Counted from the first letter of the stretch, positions 1 to 11,330 are shown. The stretch is 64,000 bases of DNA from Rhizobiaceae bacterium (GCA_051960255.1 JBQCEL010000191.1:2604-66603); one strand, 5' to 3'. The notes: a model not told the origin generated them from the sequence alone. Numbers and translations: made by a program.

Positions 1-151
1 GCATGCGCCCCGTGGGCCATGGTCCCAAAGGTGCGTCGTTAACGGTCTGTGATCCAGTATGTTCCGGCCAATATGGACGCCGCCTGCTCATGCACGATGC
101 GAGATGCCGCTACGACGCGGCCGTCTGCAGGGTAGGACGTCGTGCCTGCGA

Positions 152-979
152 TCAGGGCGAAAGATGGGTGCGGATCGTGGCCATGACCGGTTGCGTGTCG
201 CGCGCCACTGTCGACCAGCCCTGTTCGATGACGGTCATCATCGCATCGGCAGCGGCCTGGGGCTCGCGGGCCTTTATCGCCTCGGCGATCGCCATGTGCT
301 GGCGATAGCTGCGGTTCAATTCCTCGATGCTGTCGCTCGGAGCGCTGAGGCGGAAAGACGCCGCCAGCGCCGCGCCGATAAGCGCGCCGATAGAGCGCAT
401 CATCGGGTTTCCGGATGCCTCGATGACAAGAAGATGGAAAGCGAGATCGGCGTCAGTGAAGTGCTGCCGGTCGAGACCGGCATTCAGCATCCGTTCGGCG
501 GTCCGGTGAAGTTGCGTGACATGGTCCTCGTCACGGCGAAGCGCGGCAAGCGCCGCCGCCGTCGGCTCGATCGATTGGCGCATCTCGAAAAGACGGCCGA
601 TGAAACCTTTGTCCACCCCGGTTTCGAGCTGCCACCCGAGAAGGTCCTCATCGAGAAGATTCCAAGCGTCCCGCTCCCGCACCCAATAGCCGACCTTGGT
701 GCGGGCGGCGACCATACCCTTGGCCTCCAGCGTTTTCAGCACCTCGCGTAGCGCCGTGTTGGAGACGCCGAAACGCCGCATCAGGAGTTCCTTGCCGGGC
801 AGCGTCTGGCCGACGGGGAATTCGCCCGCAACGATGCCGAGGCCGATGCCGCGCAGCACGGTCTGGAAAGCGCCCTTGGTGGGCGAACGCCGATGTGCGC
901 CAAGCACGCCGAAGCCCTGGTGAGACCGTATGGTCCTAGCCGCCGGCTGCTCTTTCTGGAGGTCTTCCCCTTTTTTCAT
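152..979 (-). CDS. FadR/GntR-family transcriptional regulator (wHTH + FCD)
   Basis: GntR HTH (LPGKELLMRRFGVSNTALREVLKTLEAKGMV) plus FCD-type C-terminus (DLAFHLLVIEASGN); last gene of the sugar ABC operon; start ATG 979 or GTG 985. Confidence 0.9.
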   Translation of the reverse strand: MKKGEDLQKEQPAARTIRSHQGFGVLGAHRRSPTKGAFQTVLRGIGLGIVAGEFPVGQTLPGKELLMRRFGVSNTALREVLKTLEAKGMVAARTKVGYWVRERDAWNLLDEDLLGWQLETGVDKGFIGRLFEMRQSIEPTAAALAALRRDEDHVTQLHRTAERMLNAGLDRQHFTDADLAFHLLVIEASGNPMMRSIGALIGAALAASFRLSAPSDSIEELNRSYRQHMAIAEAIKAREPQAAADAMMTVIEQGWSTVARDTQPVMATIRTHLSP

Positions 980-991
980 GACCACCGTTCA

Positions 992-1993
992 TCACACAGT
1001 TGCCGCCTTGTCCACCGCGGCGAGAGCCTTTTGCGAACGCAGCGCCGCGCGCCGCGATCTGTATTTCACCAATTGCTGGTCCGCCAGCACGCCGAGAAGG
1101 ATGACCGCCCCCATCACCGCGAAATTGAGCGAACTCGGGATACCGAGCAGATTAACGAGATTCTGCAGGACCTGCAGCAGGATCGTGCCGAGGACGATGC
1201 CGAAGACCGAACCTTCGCCGCCCCTTAGCGAACAGCCGCCGAGCACGGCCGCGGCGATGGCGTAAAGCTCGTAGAAGGTGCCGTGCGACGCGGGCGAGAT
1301 GGAGCGCGTGTACATCGCGAAATAGATCGCCGACAGGCCGGAGAGCGCGCCGAGAATGATATAGGTTGCGGCGATAACCCACTGGCTTCTGATGCCGGAA
1401 TAGAGCGCCGCTTCCTCGTTTCGGCCGACGGCGAAGAGATGCCGCCCGAAGACGGATCGATGGAGTACGACGCCCATCACGATGGCGATCAGAACGAAGA
1501 CGACGAAGGTCAATGGCACGCCATGGACGCGGCCCGTCGTCAGCCATTCGAGCCAGGGGAAGCTCTGCCCGAAGGCGAAGCCGGCCGTGCCGTCATCGGT
1601 GTACCAGCGCGCGATGCCGCGATAGAGCAAAAGGCCGCAAAGCGTGACGATGAAGGGCTGCATCCGCATCTTGGTGATCAAAAAACCCTGGAGCGCGCCG
1701 AGCGCCGTTCCGGCGAGCACGATCAGCAGGACCGCCGCGATCCAATTCATCTGATAGGTGGTCAAGAGATCGATGAAGACGACGCCGAGTAGGGCGAGCA
1801 TCGATCCGATCGACAGGTCGATGCCGCCGGTGATGATGACGAAGCCTTCGCCGATCGAGAAGATGCCAAAGAGCCCGACGAGGTTGGCCGTGTTCGACAG
1901 GTTAATCGGGGAGATGAATCGCGGGTTGAGGAAGGCGACGATCGCCGAGACGATCACGACGAGGATCAGAAGACCCAGATCTTTCTTCAGCAT
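992..1993 (-). CDS. Sugar ABC transporter permease (RbsC-like)
   Basis: Hydrophobic; GGIDLS, FGRHLFAVGRNEEAALYSGI and ELYAIAAAVLGG motifs. Confidence 0.93.
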   Translation of the reverse strand: MLKKDLGLLILVVIVSAIVAFLNPRFISPINLSNTANLVGLFGIFSIGEGFVIITGGIDLSIGSMLALLGVVFIDLLTTYQMNWIAAVLLIVLAGTALGALQGFLITKMRMQPFIVTLCGLLLYRGIARWYTDDGTAGFAFGQSFPWLEWLTTGRVHGVPLTFVVFVLIAIVMGVVLHRSVFGRHLFAVGRNEEAALYSGIRSQWVIAATYIILGALSGLSAIYFAMYTRSISPASHGTFYELYAIAAAVLGGCSLRGGEGSVFGIVLGTILLQVLQNLVNLLGIPSSLNFAVMGAVILLGVLADQQLVKYRSRRAALRSQKALAAVDKAATV

Positions 1994-3516
1994 GCTCTTT
2001 CCCCGACTGGCTGAATGCGTGACCTATGGCCTACGGCGAGTTGCATGACCGCCTCTTCGCTGAACCGGTCGCGCGAAAGCTCGCCCGCGATCGTGCCCTC
2101 ATGCATAACGACCATCCGATCGCTCACCCCGACCACCTCTTCCATATCGCTCGAAATCATCAGCACGCCGACGCCGCTGTCGGCAAGACCACGCATCAGC
2201 GCGTAGATCTCGCTTTTCGATCCGACATCGATGCCGCGCGTGGGCTCGTCGAAAATCAGGATCTTCGGTTGCATGGACAGCCATTTCGCCAGCACGACCT
2301 TTTGCTGGTTGCCGCCCGAGAGACTGCCGGCGATGATCGACGCGTTGGGCGCCTTGATGCGAAGAGCGCGGATCTGGCGTTCGGCATTCTTTTCCTCCAA
2401 CGCCGAACTGACGAGGCCCGAGCGGACGAATGCCCTGATATTCGCCAGCGAGATATTCTGCGCGATCGAATCCTCGAGGATCAGCGCCGACTGCTTGCGG
2501 TCTTCCGGGATAAGATAAATGCCGCGCGCGATTGCGTCGGACGGGGAATGGACCTCGGCAATCTCACCGTTGACGCGAATTTTGCCGGCGAGCGGCCGGT
2601 CGATGCCGAAGACCGCGCGCGCCAATTCCGTCCGCCCGGCGCCGATAAGGCCCGCGAGACCGAGAATCTCGCCGCGGTGCAGCGTCAAATCGATAGAGGA
2701 ATCCGGGAATGCCGGCGTCCGGAGTCCTTTGAGTTCGAGAACGGCATCCGACGGGGCCGCGGCCGGCGGCGTGTAAAGCGACTTCAGGTCGCGCCCGATC
2801 ATCAGCCGGATCATCGCGTCATGCGTGATCTCGTGCCGGGCGAGGCGGCCGGCGACGCGGCCGTCGCGGAGCGCGACAACCCGGTCGGCGCATTCTGTCA
2901 CCTCGTGCAGGCGGTGCGAGATGAAGATGATTGCGACGCCGTTTCGCTTCAGATCGGCGATTACGGAGAGGAGACGCCGCGTCTCCGAAATCGTCAGGCT
3001 GGATGTCGGTTCATCCATGATGACGACGCGAGCGTCGAGCGACAGGGCCTTGGTGATCTCGAGGAGCTGACGCTGCGCCAGCGACAGGTCGGCGACGAGC
3101 GTTTGCGGTTCGAAATCGACATCCAGCCGCTTCAGAAGGGGTCGGACGGCGTCATGCAGGCGTTTGCGATCGACAAGCGGCAACGGCCATCCCTTCCGCG
3201 GCTCGCGTCCGATGAAGACGTTGGCCGCGGCGTCGAGATTGTCGAATAGATTGAGTTCCTGGTGGACGAAGGCGATGCCGGCGGCGATCGCGTCTTCGAC
3301 CGTCAATGCGGGGCGCTCCACGCCATCAATGCGTATAGAGCCGGAGGTCGGCGCGATCACGCCCCCCAACACCTTCATCAGGGTCGATTTTCCTGCGCCG
3401 TTCTCGCCGATGAGGCCGATCACCTCTCCCGGAGCGACCGAGAGACGGACGTCGGAAAGAGCCTGCACGCCGGGGAACGCCTTGCTTATGCCCTTGAGTT
3501 CCAGGAACGGTTCCAC
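1987..3516 (-). CDS. Sugar ABC transporter ATP-binding protein (two NBDs, RbsA-like)
   Basis: GENGAGKST Walker A, LSGGNQQK signature, DEPTRGIDVG; GTG start at 3516 with upstream GAAGGGA. Confidence 0.93.
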   Translation of the reverse strand: MEPFLELKGISKAFPGVQALSDVRLSVAPGEVIGLIGENGAGKSTLMKVLGGVIAPTSGSIRIDGVERPALTVEDAIAAGIAFVHQELNLFDNLDAAANVFIGREPRKGWPLPLVDRKRLHDAVRPLLKRLDVDFEPQTLVADLSLAQRQLLEITKALSLDARVVIMDEPTSSLTISETRRLLSVIADLKRNGVAIIFISHRLHEVTECADRVVALRDGRVAGRLARHEITHDAMIRLMIGRDLKSLYTPPAAAPSDAVLELKGLRTPAFPDSSIDLTLHRGEILGLAGLIGAGRTELARAVFGIDRPLAGKIRVNGEIAEVHSPSDAIARGIYLIPEDRKQSALILEDSIAQNISLANIRAFVRSGLVSSALEEKNAERQIRALRIKAPNASIIAGSLSGGNQQKVVLAKWLSMQPKILIFDEPTRGIDVGSKSEIYALMRGLADSGVGVLMISSDMEEVVGVSDRMVVMHEGTIAGELSRDRFSEEAVMQLAVGHRSRIQPVGERAC

Positions 3517-3638
3517 CTGTCTGCATCCCTTCGTAAGGACGGCGCGCCGGTGAGACGCCTCGTCAATCAACGCCAGCGTCCGACGGGACGCTGGCGCCGA
3601 TGAAGCCTGGCGGTCTTGGGCAACCGCCAGCGCCGCGG

Positions 3639-4589
3639 TCAACCCTTGCCCTGAAGCTTCGCCAGTTCCTTGGCGTATTCGTCGACATTGGACTTGTCGA
3701 CGACTTTCGTCGGGATGATGATCAGACCGTCCTTGGGGATGAAGGATTTATCGCCGCTCAGAATCTTGGCCATGTCCTTCATGCCTTCGTAGCCCCAGAG
3801 ATAGGGCTGCTGCACGACGGTGCCGGCGACGGTGCCTTCCTTGATGCCGCCAAGCGTGATCGGATCGTCGTCGAAGCCGGTGACCGTGATCTTGCCGAGC
3901 TGGCCCGCCTCCTTCAGCGCCTGATAGATCTGCGGGATGTTATAGGAATAGATGCCGAGCATGCAATTGACCTCGGGATGCGCCGTCAGCGTGTCCTCGA
4001 CATTGCGCTTCGCCCGGGCCTGGTCGATGTCGTCGGCGCGGACGTCTACGATCTCGATCTTGGTGCCCTTGATGACGTCCTTGATGCCCTCGATGCGCTC
4101 GCGCGCATTGTCGGCGCCGGGCAGGCCGACAAAGGCCATGCATTTACCGCCGTTCGGCAGTGCCTTTTTCAGGATCTCGCCGACCTGCTTGCCGGCCGCG
4201 ACATTGCTCGAGCCGATATAGGCGACCCGGCCACTTTTCGCGGCATCGCTGTCCGTCGTCAGAAGCAGGGTTTGCTTGGCGATCTTGGCGAGCGCGTCGG
4301 TTTCCGTCTTCGGATCGACGGCGCTGACCATGATGCCGGAAACGCCAGCGGCGACCAGATCGTCCATCAGCCGCTCCTGGATAGCGGCGGCCGACTGCGA
4401 CGGATATTTGAATTGCATGTCGTAATCAGGCAGCTCCGAATTCGCCTTCTTGACGCCGGCCTCGGCCGCCTTCCAAAAGTCGGAAGCGCCGTTTGCTACG
4501 AATACGAGTGTCTTCTTGTCGGCGGCATGGGCCGTCGCGGCAGACAGCGCAAATGCCAGCGCCACGCCCGCCAGGGCAATATTTCTCAT
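3639..4589 (-). CDS. Sugar ABC transporter periplasmic binding protein (type I fold, glucose/ribose-binding-like)
   Basis: Signal peptide MRNIALAGVALAFALSAATAHA; YIGSSNVAAG, GFDDDP; AGGAGG RBS before ATG 4589. Confidence 0.9.
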   Translation of the reverse strand: MRNIALAGVALAFALSAATAHAADKKTLVFVANGASDFWKAAEAGVKKANSELPDYDMQFKYPSQSAAAIQERLMDDLVAAGVSGIMVSAVDPKTETDALAKIAKQTLLLTTDSDAAKSGRVAYIGSSNVAAGKQVGEILKKALPNGGKCMAFVGLPGADNARERIEGIKDVIKGTKIEIVDVRADDIDQARAKRNVEDTLTAHPEVNCMLGIYSYNIPQIYQALKEAGQLGKITVTGFDDDPITLGGIKEGTVAGTVVQQPYLWGYEGMKDMAKILSGDKSFIPKDGLIIIPTKVVDKSNVDEYAKELAKLQGKG

Positions 4590-4820
4590 GATGCTCCTCC
4601 TTTGACGTACGACCGGCAAGCGCGGCCGAACTCCTCCAGCGCGATGATCCGCTAAGCGGTCCGATGCCGGCGGCGGAGATCGCAGCTTTACTTAAGCATG
4701 GGTTATTAATATGAGCAATGGCTATTTATATGATTAATACGAATAACGACGAGGGAAGATCGGAGGCGCAGGATCGCCGGCTAGAGCGCTTGAATGCTCG
4801 GGTTTGCGTTCTGAAGCCCG

Positions 4821-5303
4821 CTATTCCGCAGGATGCTTCCTGTCGCCGCCGCTTTCGTGCTGGACTTGTTGTCGGAGGGCGATTCGCTCCCTCTGCTCGA
4901 TGCCGATCAGTTCGGCGACACGCCAGACGATATTGTCCTCCAGTTCATGCAGTTCCCCGTCCGCATAGACGATCTGCCACATGATTCTGATGAATTCGGC
5001 GCGCGCGGCATGATCGAGGTGTCGCTTGAGCACGCTCGTGAAGGCGTAGAGATCGATCGCCTCCTGGTCGGCATCCTCGCCGGCCCGCATCAGTTCGTCC
5101 AATTCCTGGCCGGTCATGTCATAAGTGCTGGAGAGGATTTCGCGCAGGCTGGCTGTTTCGTCGTCGCGGCGTACGCCATCGGCGTCCATGACGTGGAACA
5201 TCAGCGCCGCGGCCGCGACCCGCGGATCGTCCGGGCTGAATCTGCCCGTTTCGGGGTGTTGGCCGGGAAGTTCACCCAGGAAGGAAATGAGACGTTCGAA
5301 CAT
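4821..5303 (-). CDS. TerB-family (tellurite resistance-like) protein
   Basis: AAAALMFHVMDADG and WQIVYADGELHELEDN motifs typical of TerB-like proteins. Confidence 0.8.
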   Translation of the reverse strand: MFERLISFLGELPGQHPETGRFSPDDPRVAAAALMFHVMDADGVRRDDETASLREILSSTYDMTGQELDELMRAGEDADQEAIDLYAFTSVLKRHLDHAARAEFIRIMWQIVYADGELHELEDNIVWRVAELIGIEQRERIALRQQVQHESGGDRKHPAE

Positions 5304-5368
5304 CGAGTACCTGATTTCTTGGTCGCATCAGCGCGACTTGATCATGGCCCTTAGCTTCGCCGGACCCA

Positions 5369-7051
5369 CTAAAATAACCGAAAGCGCCGTGATTGCCCTT
5401 CGGGGGCGGCTTCTTCCTCCACACCGGGGTCGTCCGGCGTCGGGGGCTTCCGCGCACCACTCTCGATAGCAACATGATGCTGCCGTGCGGCTTCTTCCTC
5501 CGCGCTGGGCGCGATCAGAACCGGACCATCCGGTACCGGCTTTCTATCCTCTATCCGGGCGTGCTCGCCGTTTGCCGCCGCGATATCCGCCGATGTCACG
5601 GTCGGCGCCGGCAGGTTGCCGATAGGGCCGGGCTGAGGCGAACTGTTCGTCTTTTCCGTCTCCCCAGACGTTTGCTCCATATTGCTGTCGGCCGCGGCCG
5701 GCGCGGGCGCTCTCTCGATTGCCGGAGGCGCGGTCTCTTCCCCCGATTCGATCAGTTGCCCCACCCGTTCCACAGGCTGCTGCCATTCGAAGGCATCCAG
5801 CCTGCCGGTAACGGGAGAGAGCGGCAGCCAGCGATCGGAGACATAGCCATCGGCGGCCCAGGCCGAATCCCGCGGCGCACGCAGGGCGCGCTGGAGCCAG
5901 TGCCGGACACGCCCCTGATCTCCGGTTTCGGCCTCCTCGATATCGGCCCTCAGCAGATAGGTTCCTTCACTCGGCCTGAGCCGGATCGCAGCCTCCGCCT
6001 CCTCGCGCGCGAGATTGAATTCGCCGGCATCGAGCGCCGCGCGCGCCACGGCGAGCGCCGAATCGGCATTGTTCGTCCGCAGCTTCTCCAGCTTCTGCGC
6101 CCGCATCAGCCTGTCTTGCGTGGAATCTCCCGGTCGGGCGGCAATATAGGCATCCGCGATCTCCGGATGCGGTTGCTTCTTCCACGCGGCCTCAAGGATC
6201 TTCGAACCGCGCCGCAGATCATTCTGGCGAAAGAGACTCTGTGCGGCGGTGATGGCGGCGGGAACGAGATCGGGCGCGAGGCGATTGGCTTCGAGCGCGG
6301 CGTTTTTCGCCGCGAACGCGTCGCGGTCCAGTATTTCGTTCGCCTTTGCGGTCAGCAGCACCGCCCGCCGTCTGTCCGCTTCCGCTTTCGCAAGCTGGCC
6401 AGAGGCTTTCTGCCGGTCGAGAAGTTTCAGCGCCTCATCCCACTCGCCGGCCTCGGCCTTGTCCTCGAGCGCCGCATTCGCGGCCCATATCAGCTGGGGC
6501 GCATCACGGCTGGCCTCGATCGCATAGTGACGGGCAACGTCCTTATGTCCGAGCCGTTGCGCTTCGAGATAGAGACCGTGCAGCCCGAGCGGACGCAATT
6601 CCGGATCGTCGAGCATGGCCTCGAATTTGCCGCGCGCCTTCTCATGATCGCCCTCCAATAGGAGCGTCTGCACTTCGAGCAGGTGAAGAAGCGGTTCCTG
6701 ATCGGCGCTGATCAGCTTCGTCGCCTGCTTGTTCATGCGTCTGGCGGCGGCCGCATCTCCGGCGCCGGCGGCGAGCATGCCGGTGGACAGCGCCTGATAG
6801 CCACGATCACGGCGTCGGACGCGGAAATAGCGCGACACCAGATAAGGGCTCATCCAGATGCTTTTCAGCAGCCACCAGAGGATCATGGCCGCCGCGACGA
6901 CCGCAACGACGGCGACTGCCGCGACCATCAGCGTCACTTGATATTGATAGCCGTTGAAGGTGACGACCATGTCGCCCGGCCGGTCGGCCAACCAGGCAAA
7001 GCCGAGCCCCAGCGCGAAAACGACGATAATGAAGAAAAGAATGCGAAACAT
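5369..7051 (-). CDS. hemY: Heme biosynthesis-associated TPR membrane protein HemY
   Basis: Two N-terminal TM segments (WLADRPGDMVV), TPR-like helices; follows hemC-hemD-COG4223. Confidence 0.85.
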   Translation of the reverse strand: MFRILFFIIVVFALGLGFAWLADRPGDMVVTFNGYQYQVTLMVAAVAVVAVVAAAMILWWLLKSIWMSPYLVSRYFRVRRRDRGYQALSTGMLAAGAGDAAAARRMNKQATKLISADQEPLLHLLEVQTLLLEGDHEKARGKFEAMLDDPELRPLGLHGLYLEAQRLGHKDVARHYAIEASRDAPQLIWAANAALEDKAEAGEWDEALKLLDRQKASGQLAKAEADRRRAVLLTAKANEILDRDAFAAKNAALEANRLAPDLVPAAITAAQSLFRQNDLRRGSKILEAAWKKQPHPEIADAYIAARPGDSTQDRLMRAQKLEKLRTNNADSALAVARAALDAGEFNLAREEAEAAIRLRPSEGTYLLRADIEEAETGDQGRVRHWLQRALRAPRDSAWAADGYVSDRWLPLSPVTGRLDAFEWQQPVERVGQLIESGEETAPPAIERAPAPAAADSNMEQTSGETEKTNSSPQPGPIGNLPAPTVTSADIAAANGEHARIEDRKPVPDGPVLIAPSAEEEAARQHHVAIESGARKPPTPDDPGVEEEAAPEGQSRRFRLF

Positions 7052-7059
7052 CGTCCCCG

Positions 7060-8433
7060 TCACCCAGTCTTCAAAGCATTGGCGAGCGTCTTCTGAACGA
7101 GGTCTTCCGCCTGGATACGGGTCTCAACCTTGGCGAAATAGGCGCTTCCCGCCGTCTGAACGTTCTGCGGCAAGGCCTTGTATTCCTGCACGGCCTTGGC
7201 GAAATCGCCCGCCTTGATGTCGACCTCGATGCGAGCGACCGTGGCGCCGACGCCCTTGCCGGCCACCTCGCCGACCGGCCGGACCTTGACCAGCGAGCGG
7301 GCGCTCTGCACCAGATCGTTCAATATGCCGGCGGATTTCTCCGCCGGGCGGCCCGCCTCGACCATGGCGTCCGCCGCCGGTCCAATCCCGGCGACGATCT
7401 CCTCGCGTGTCGGAACGCCTGCCGGCGCGAGCTTGCGCAGCGCATCCAGTTCCGGCGAATGGGGCGCCAGCGAGGCATAGGTGTCGAGTTCGGAGACGAA
7501 GGGCGTTCCCCTGTCGACCGCCGATTTCAGCGCCGATGCTGCTATCGCCAGGGCGACTTTCGGCTGCTCAGAATTTGAGGCGACCTTCTGCGACAGCGTC
7601 GCGAGAGACTGTTCAAGCTTGCCGAGCCGCTGCGACTGGCTGGCGAGCGCCTGGCTGTTGGCTTGCGCGTTCTTCGCCTGGCCGCTTACCTTTTGGTCAA
7701 GAGCGGTTAACCCAGCCTCGCCTGAGGCGTTCGCCTTGGCGGTATTTTCGACCTTTGAGAGCCTATTTTCCAGGTCCTTCAACTGTGTGGCGACAGCCTG
7801 GCTCGCTCCTGCGCTGGTCTTTGCTTGCGCGGCGCGGAGCTGGTCGAGGGCCGCCGCCTGCTGGTCGATCTTCTGGTTCGCCTGATCCAATCCTTGCTTC
7901 AGCGCGGCGATGCCATTGTCCGGCGGCGCGTTCTTGACCGCTGCGACATCTTTTCTCAGCGCCGCGATTTCGTTTTGCATGCTGGTTATTCGCTGGTCAT
8001 TGCCGGCATTTCCACCGAGACCGGGAATAACGCCCTTCCATTGCAGGCCACCGGCAATCAGGAGAGCAATCACGCCGCCTGCAACGCCTGCCGCCAGCGC
8101 GGAGCCGATCCCGCTCCGGCGGGAGGGAACCGTTGTCTCGTTCGACCTGACGGGCGGTTCGTCAGCAGGGGGCGGCACGTCGCCCTCACGCCCGCCAGCC
8201 TGAGCCGCGCTTTGCCCACCCGCCGGCATATTGGCCGCATCATCCTTCTCGTTTGGCGCTGGTTTTCGGTTCTCATCCGCACCAGCAGCCGCTGGTTCCG
8301 TTTCGGATGCGGAAGACACGAATTCGGGCTTGTCCGCCTTCCCTTCGATGCGGGTGACATCGTCGGCGCCGAGATCGATCGTTACCGGTTGCCTGTCGCC
8401 CTTCGAATGTCGCGCTCTTGGCGCTTTCACCAT
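7060..8433 (-). CDS. COG4223 inner-membrane coiled-coil protein (Mic60/mitofilin-like)
   Basis: PVTIDL N-terminus, one TM segment, long coiled coil, C-terminal AVDRGTPFVSELD mitofilin-like region; ORF-track start (8730) is too long. Confidence 0.8.
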   Translation of the reverse strand: MVKAPRARHSKGDRQPVTIDLGADDVTRIEGKADKPEFVSSASETEPAAAGADENRKPAPNEKDDAANMPAGGQSAAQAGGREGDVPPPADEPPVRSNETTVPSRRSGIGSALAAGVAGGVIALLIAGGLQWKGVIPGLGGNAGNDQRITSMQNEIAALRKDVAAVKNAPPDNGIAALKQGLDQANQKIDQQAAALDQLRAAQAKTSAGASQAVATQLKDLENRLSKVENTAKANASGEAGLTALDQKVSGQAKNAQANSQALASQSQRLGKLEQSLATLSQKVASNSEQPKVALAIAASALKSAVDRGTPFVSELDTYASLAPHSPELDALRKLAPAGVPTREEIVAGIGPAADAMVEAGRPAEKSAGILNDLVQSARSLVKVRPVGEVAGKGVGATVARIEVDIKAGDFAKAVQEYKALPQNVQTAGSAYFAKVETRIQAEDLVQKTLANALKTG

Positions 8434-8515
8434 AGTTCGCTCCGGATCCCGTTTCCTTGATGGCCGAAAAGGCTCTAACACAAAACGCCCCGAGAAAAAG
8501 GGCAGCGCTGTGGCA

Positions 8516-9235
8516 TCAGGGATTTGCCAGAAGGCGAAAGAGCGCGCTTTCCTCGGGTAAAGCGCAATGGACCGCCCTTTCCCTCCATCTTCCTGGTAGG
8601 GCTCCGGCAATTCTTGCGGAAAGGCAAACGAAACGCGCCTCTTGGAAAAGCGCGGGTTGCGCCACGTCGTTGTCGAGCAAATATCCGCATGCGTCCGCCG
8701 CCCTTGCCGAATAAAGCAGCACGGCGTCAAAGGGTTCCCCGGCGAGGCTGTTTCTCAGGAAATCGGCTTCATAGGGCACGATTTCGGCGTCATATGTCTC
8801 GAACGCGGCGATTTCCATGCCATTCTTCTCGATCTCCGCTTCGAAATTCGGCATGCGCGCGCGTCCGCAAAGATAGGCGAGCCGTTGAAGCCCATGTCCC
8901 TGTCCGCCAACAAGCGCGGCGAGAGCTTCAGCGTCTTCCCCGGCGCTTTGCACGTCCGTGAAATCGTGCCGGCGGAATGTTTCCGCAGTGCTTTCTCCAA
9001 CAGCGAAGGCCGGGAGATCGCGCAAGGCCGCCAGAAGCGCGGCGGGCGCGTGGCGGATGGCGTTGGCGCTGGTTGCGACCACCGCATTAAAACGCCCGTC
9101 TGGAAGTTCGCTACTCAAAGGCAGCGGAACGATGCGCGTCAGAGGGAGAACGGTGACGGAATAGCCTTTCCCGGCAAGCTTTGCCGCGGTCGTCGAGGCG
9201 GCCGGCTCAGGGCGTGTGACAAGAACGCGCGTCAT
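8516..9235 (-). CDS. hemD: Uroporphyrinogen-III synthase
   Basis: [11 protein letters not shown] start, [23 protein letters not shown]; ATG overlaps the hemC stop. Confidence 0.9.
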   Translation of the reverse strand: MTRVLVTRPEPAASTTAAKLAGKGYSVTVLPLTRIVPLPLSSELPDGRFNAVVATSANAIRHAPAALLAALRDLPAFAVGESTAETFRRHDFTDVQSAGEDAEALAALVGGQGHGLQRLAYLCGRARMPNFEAEIEKNGMEIAAFETYDAEIVPYEADFLRNSLAGEPFDAVLLYSARAADACGYLLDNDVAQPALFQEARFVCLSARIAGALPGRWRERAVHCALPEESALFRLLANP

Positions 9236-10161
9236 TTCCACAGATCGAAGAATTGTGGCCCGGCCTTGGCGCGGATCGCAGCGCCCGCGCGCCGGCCGAT
9301 CTCCTCGGCCGCAATTGCCGGTCCCGAATCCTCGATCGTGTGGCATTCGCTCCCGTCCGGCAGGACGATCAGGCCGGAAAATTGCAGTTGATCCCCGTCA
9401 ACCCGCGCATAACCCGCGATAGGCGTGCGGCAGGAGCCGTCGAGCGTGGCCAGGAACGCACGCTCGCAGAGCAAGGCCTGCATGGTGGGTATGTGATTGA
9501 CAGGTTTGAGGAGATCGCGTGTCGCGACATCATTGCTGCGGGCCTCGACGCAGATGGCGCCCTGTCCCGGCGCCGGCGGGAAGCTGTCGAGCGGCATGAG
9601 TTCGGTGATGACGGATTGGAGGCCGAGTCTTTTCAGGCCGGCATGGGCCAGCAATGTCGCATCGACCTGACCATCCTCCAGCTTCTTCAACCGGGTCTGC
9701 ACATTGCCGCGGAACGTTACGACCTTGAGGTCGGGCCTTGTCCGCCGCACAAGCGCCTGGCGGCGCAGCGACGAGGTGCCGACAATTGCACCCTGTGGCA
9801 GGCCGACAAGTGTCGGGGAAGTGCGGCCGATAAAAGCGTCGCGCGGGTCCTCGCGTTCCAGGAAGGCGATCAGCGCCAGACCGTCGGGAAGGACGGTTGG
9901 CATGTCTTTGGAGGAATGCACGGCCAAATCAATGCGGCCATCCAGCAGCGCCTCCTCGATTTCCTTGGTGAAAAGCCCCTTGCCGCCAATATCGGCGAGC
10001 GTCCTGTTCTGGATCCTGTCGCCGCTGGTCGACATGGCCTCGATGGTGAAATGATCCTCAGGAAGACCGTGCGCGGCCGTGAGGCGGTCGCGGACCTCGC
10101 GCGCCTGCGCCAGCGCGAGCGCGCTTCCCCTGGCGCCGATCCTGATCGTTGATGTTTGCAT
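9232..10161 (-). CDS. hemC: Porphobilinogen deaminase (hydroxymethylbilane synthase)
   Basis: [41 protein letters not shown] (cofactor Cys). Confidence 0.97.
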   Translation of the reverse strand: MQTSTIRIGARGSALALAQAREVRDRLTAAHGLPEDHFTIEAMSTSGDRIQNRTLADIGGKGLFTKEIEEALLDGRIDLAVHSSKDMPTVLPDGLALIAFLEREDPRDAFIGRTSPTLVGLPQGAIVGTSSLRRQALVRRTRPDLKVVTFRGNVQTRLKKLEDGQVDATLLAHAGLKRLGLQSVITELMPLDSFPPAPGQGAICVEARSNDVATRDLLKPVNHIPTMQALLCERAFLATLDGSCRTPIAGYARVDGDQLQFSGLIVLPDGSECHTIEDSGPAIAAEEIGRRAGAAIRAKAGPQFFDLWK

Positions 10162-10244
10162 GTCGTGCCGGCCATGATAACCCGTTGACGAGGCCCTTCC
10201 TACCGGGGAAGAGCCGCTCCGGCAATGTTGGACGGACGAACGGA

Positions 10245-11330
10245 TTGACGCGCGTTCTTGGGATAGAGACGAGCTGCGACGAAACCGCGGCGGCGGTGGT
10301 GACGCTTTTGCCTGACGGTTCCGGCGAGATCCGCTCCTCGGTGGTTCTCAGCCAGATCGGCGAACATGCCGCCTTTGGCGGGGTGGTGCCTGAAATCGCC
10401 GCCCGCGCCCATGTCGAGGCTCTGGACGGCGTGATCGAGGCGGCTCTGCTCGATGCCGGGATCGAACTCAGCGAGATCGACGCAATCGCCGCGACCGCCG
10501 GGCCGGGGCTGATCGGCGGGTTGATCGTCGGGCTAACGACGGCAAAGGCGCTCGCCACCGTCTCCGGCAAGCCGCTTCTCGCGATCAACCACCTCGAAGG
10601 CCATGCGCTGACGGCGCGGCTGACAGATGGCCTCGCTTTTCCCTATCTCCTGCTTCTCGTTTCCGGCGGGCACACGCAAATTCTGCTGGTGCGCGGCGTC
10701 GGCGCCTATGAACGCTGGGCGACGACGATCGACGACGCGCTGGGCGAGGCCTTCGACAAGACGGCCAAGCTTCTCGGCTTGCCCTATCCAGGCGGGCCGA
10801 GCGTTGAGGAAGAGGCAAGAAAAGGCGATCCGCTCCGGTTCGATTTTCCCCGTCCCCTAAGGGGAGAAGCGCGCCCGGACCTTTCCTTTTCCGGCCTCAA
10901 AACGGCGGTCAGGCAGGCAGCGACCGGCATCCAGCCGCTGACCGCTGGCGATATCGCCGATATTTGCGCCTCGTTCCAGCAGGCAGTCGTGGAGACGCTG
11001 GAAGAGCGGGTCGGGCGCAGCCTTCTCCGGTTCAAGCGCTCGTTTCCGGAGGTTGCCAGCCCCTCGCTCGTCGTCGCCGGAGGTGTGGCGGCCAACGCGG
11101 CGATCCGCGCGAAACTGGAGGAAATTTGCCGGCAAGGCGGTTTCCGCTTCGTCGCGCCGCCGCTCCAATTGTGTACCGACAATGCGGTGATGATCGCCTG
11201 GTCGGGCGTTGAACGTCTCAGGGCTGGGGAGGCCGCAAACGGCATGGATGCCGTGCCGCGCTCGCGCTGGCCGCTCGATTCCGCTGCGGCGCCTCTGATC
11301 GGCGCGGGCAAAAGAGGCGCCAAGGCATGA
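10245..11330 (+). CDS. tsaD: tRNA t6A37 threonylcarbamoyltransferase TsaD
   Basis: [49 protein letters not shown]; TTG start. Confidence 0.97.
   Translation: MTRVLGIETSCDETAAAVVTLLPDGSGEIRSSVVLSQIGEHAAFGGVVPEIAARAHVEALDGVIEAALLDAGIELSEIDAIAATAGPGLIGGLIVGLTTAKALATVSGKPLLAINHLEGHALTARLTDGLAFPYLLLLVSGGHTQILLVRGVGAYERWATTIDDALGEAFDKTAKLLGLPYPGGPSVEEEARKGDPLRFDFPRPLRGEARPDLSFSGLKTAVRQAATGIQPLTAGDIADICASFQQAVVETLEERVGRSLLRFKRSFPEVASPSLVVAGGVAANAAIRAKLEEICRQGGFRFVAPPLQLCTDNAVMIAWSGVERLRAGEAANGMDAVPRSRWPLDSAAAPLIGAGKRGAKA

Noticed and set aside
4693-4707. TTAA-N7-TTAT, a CtrA-like box
   Set aside because: One mismatch within an AT-rich patch upstream of a sugar transporter; likely chance
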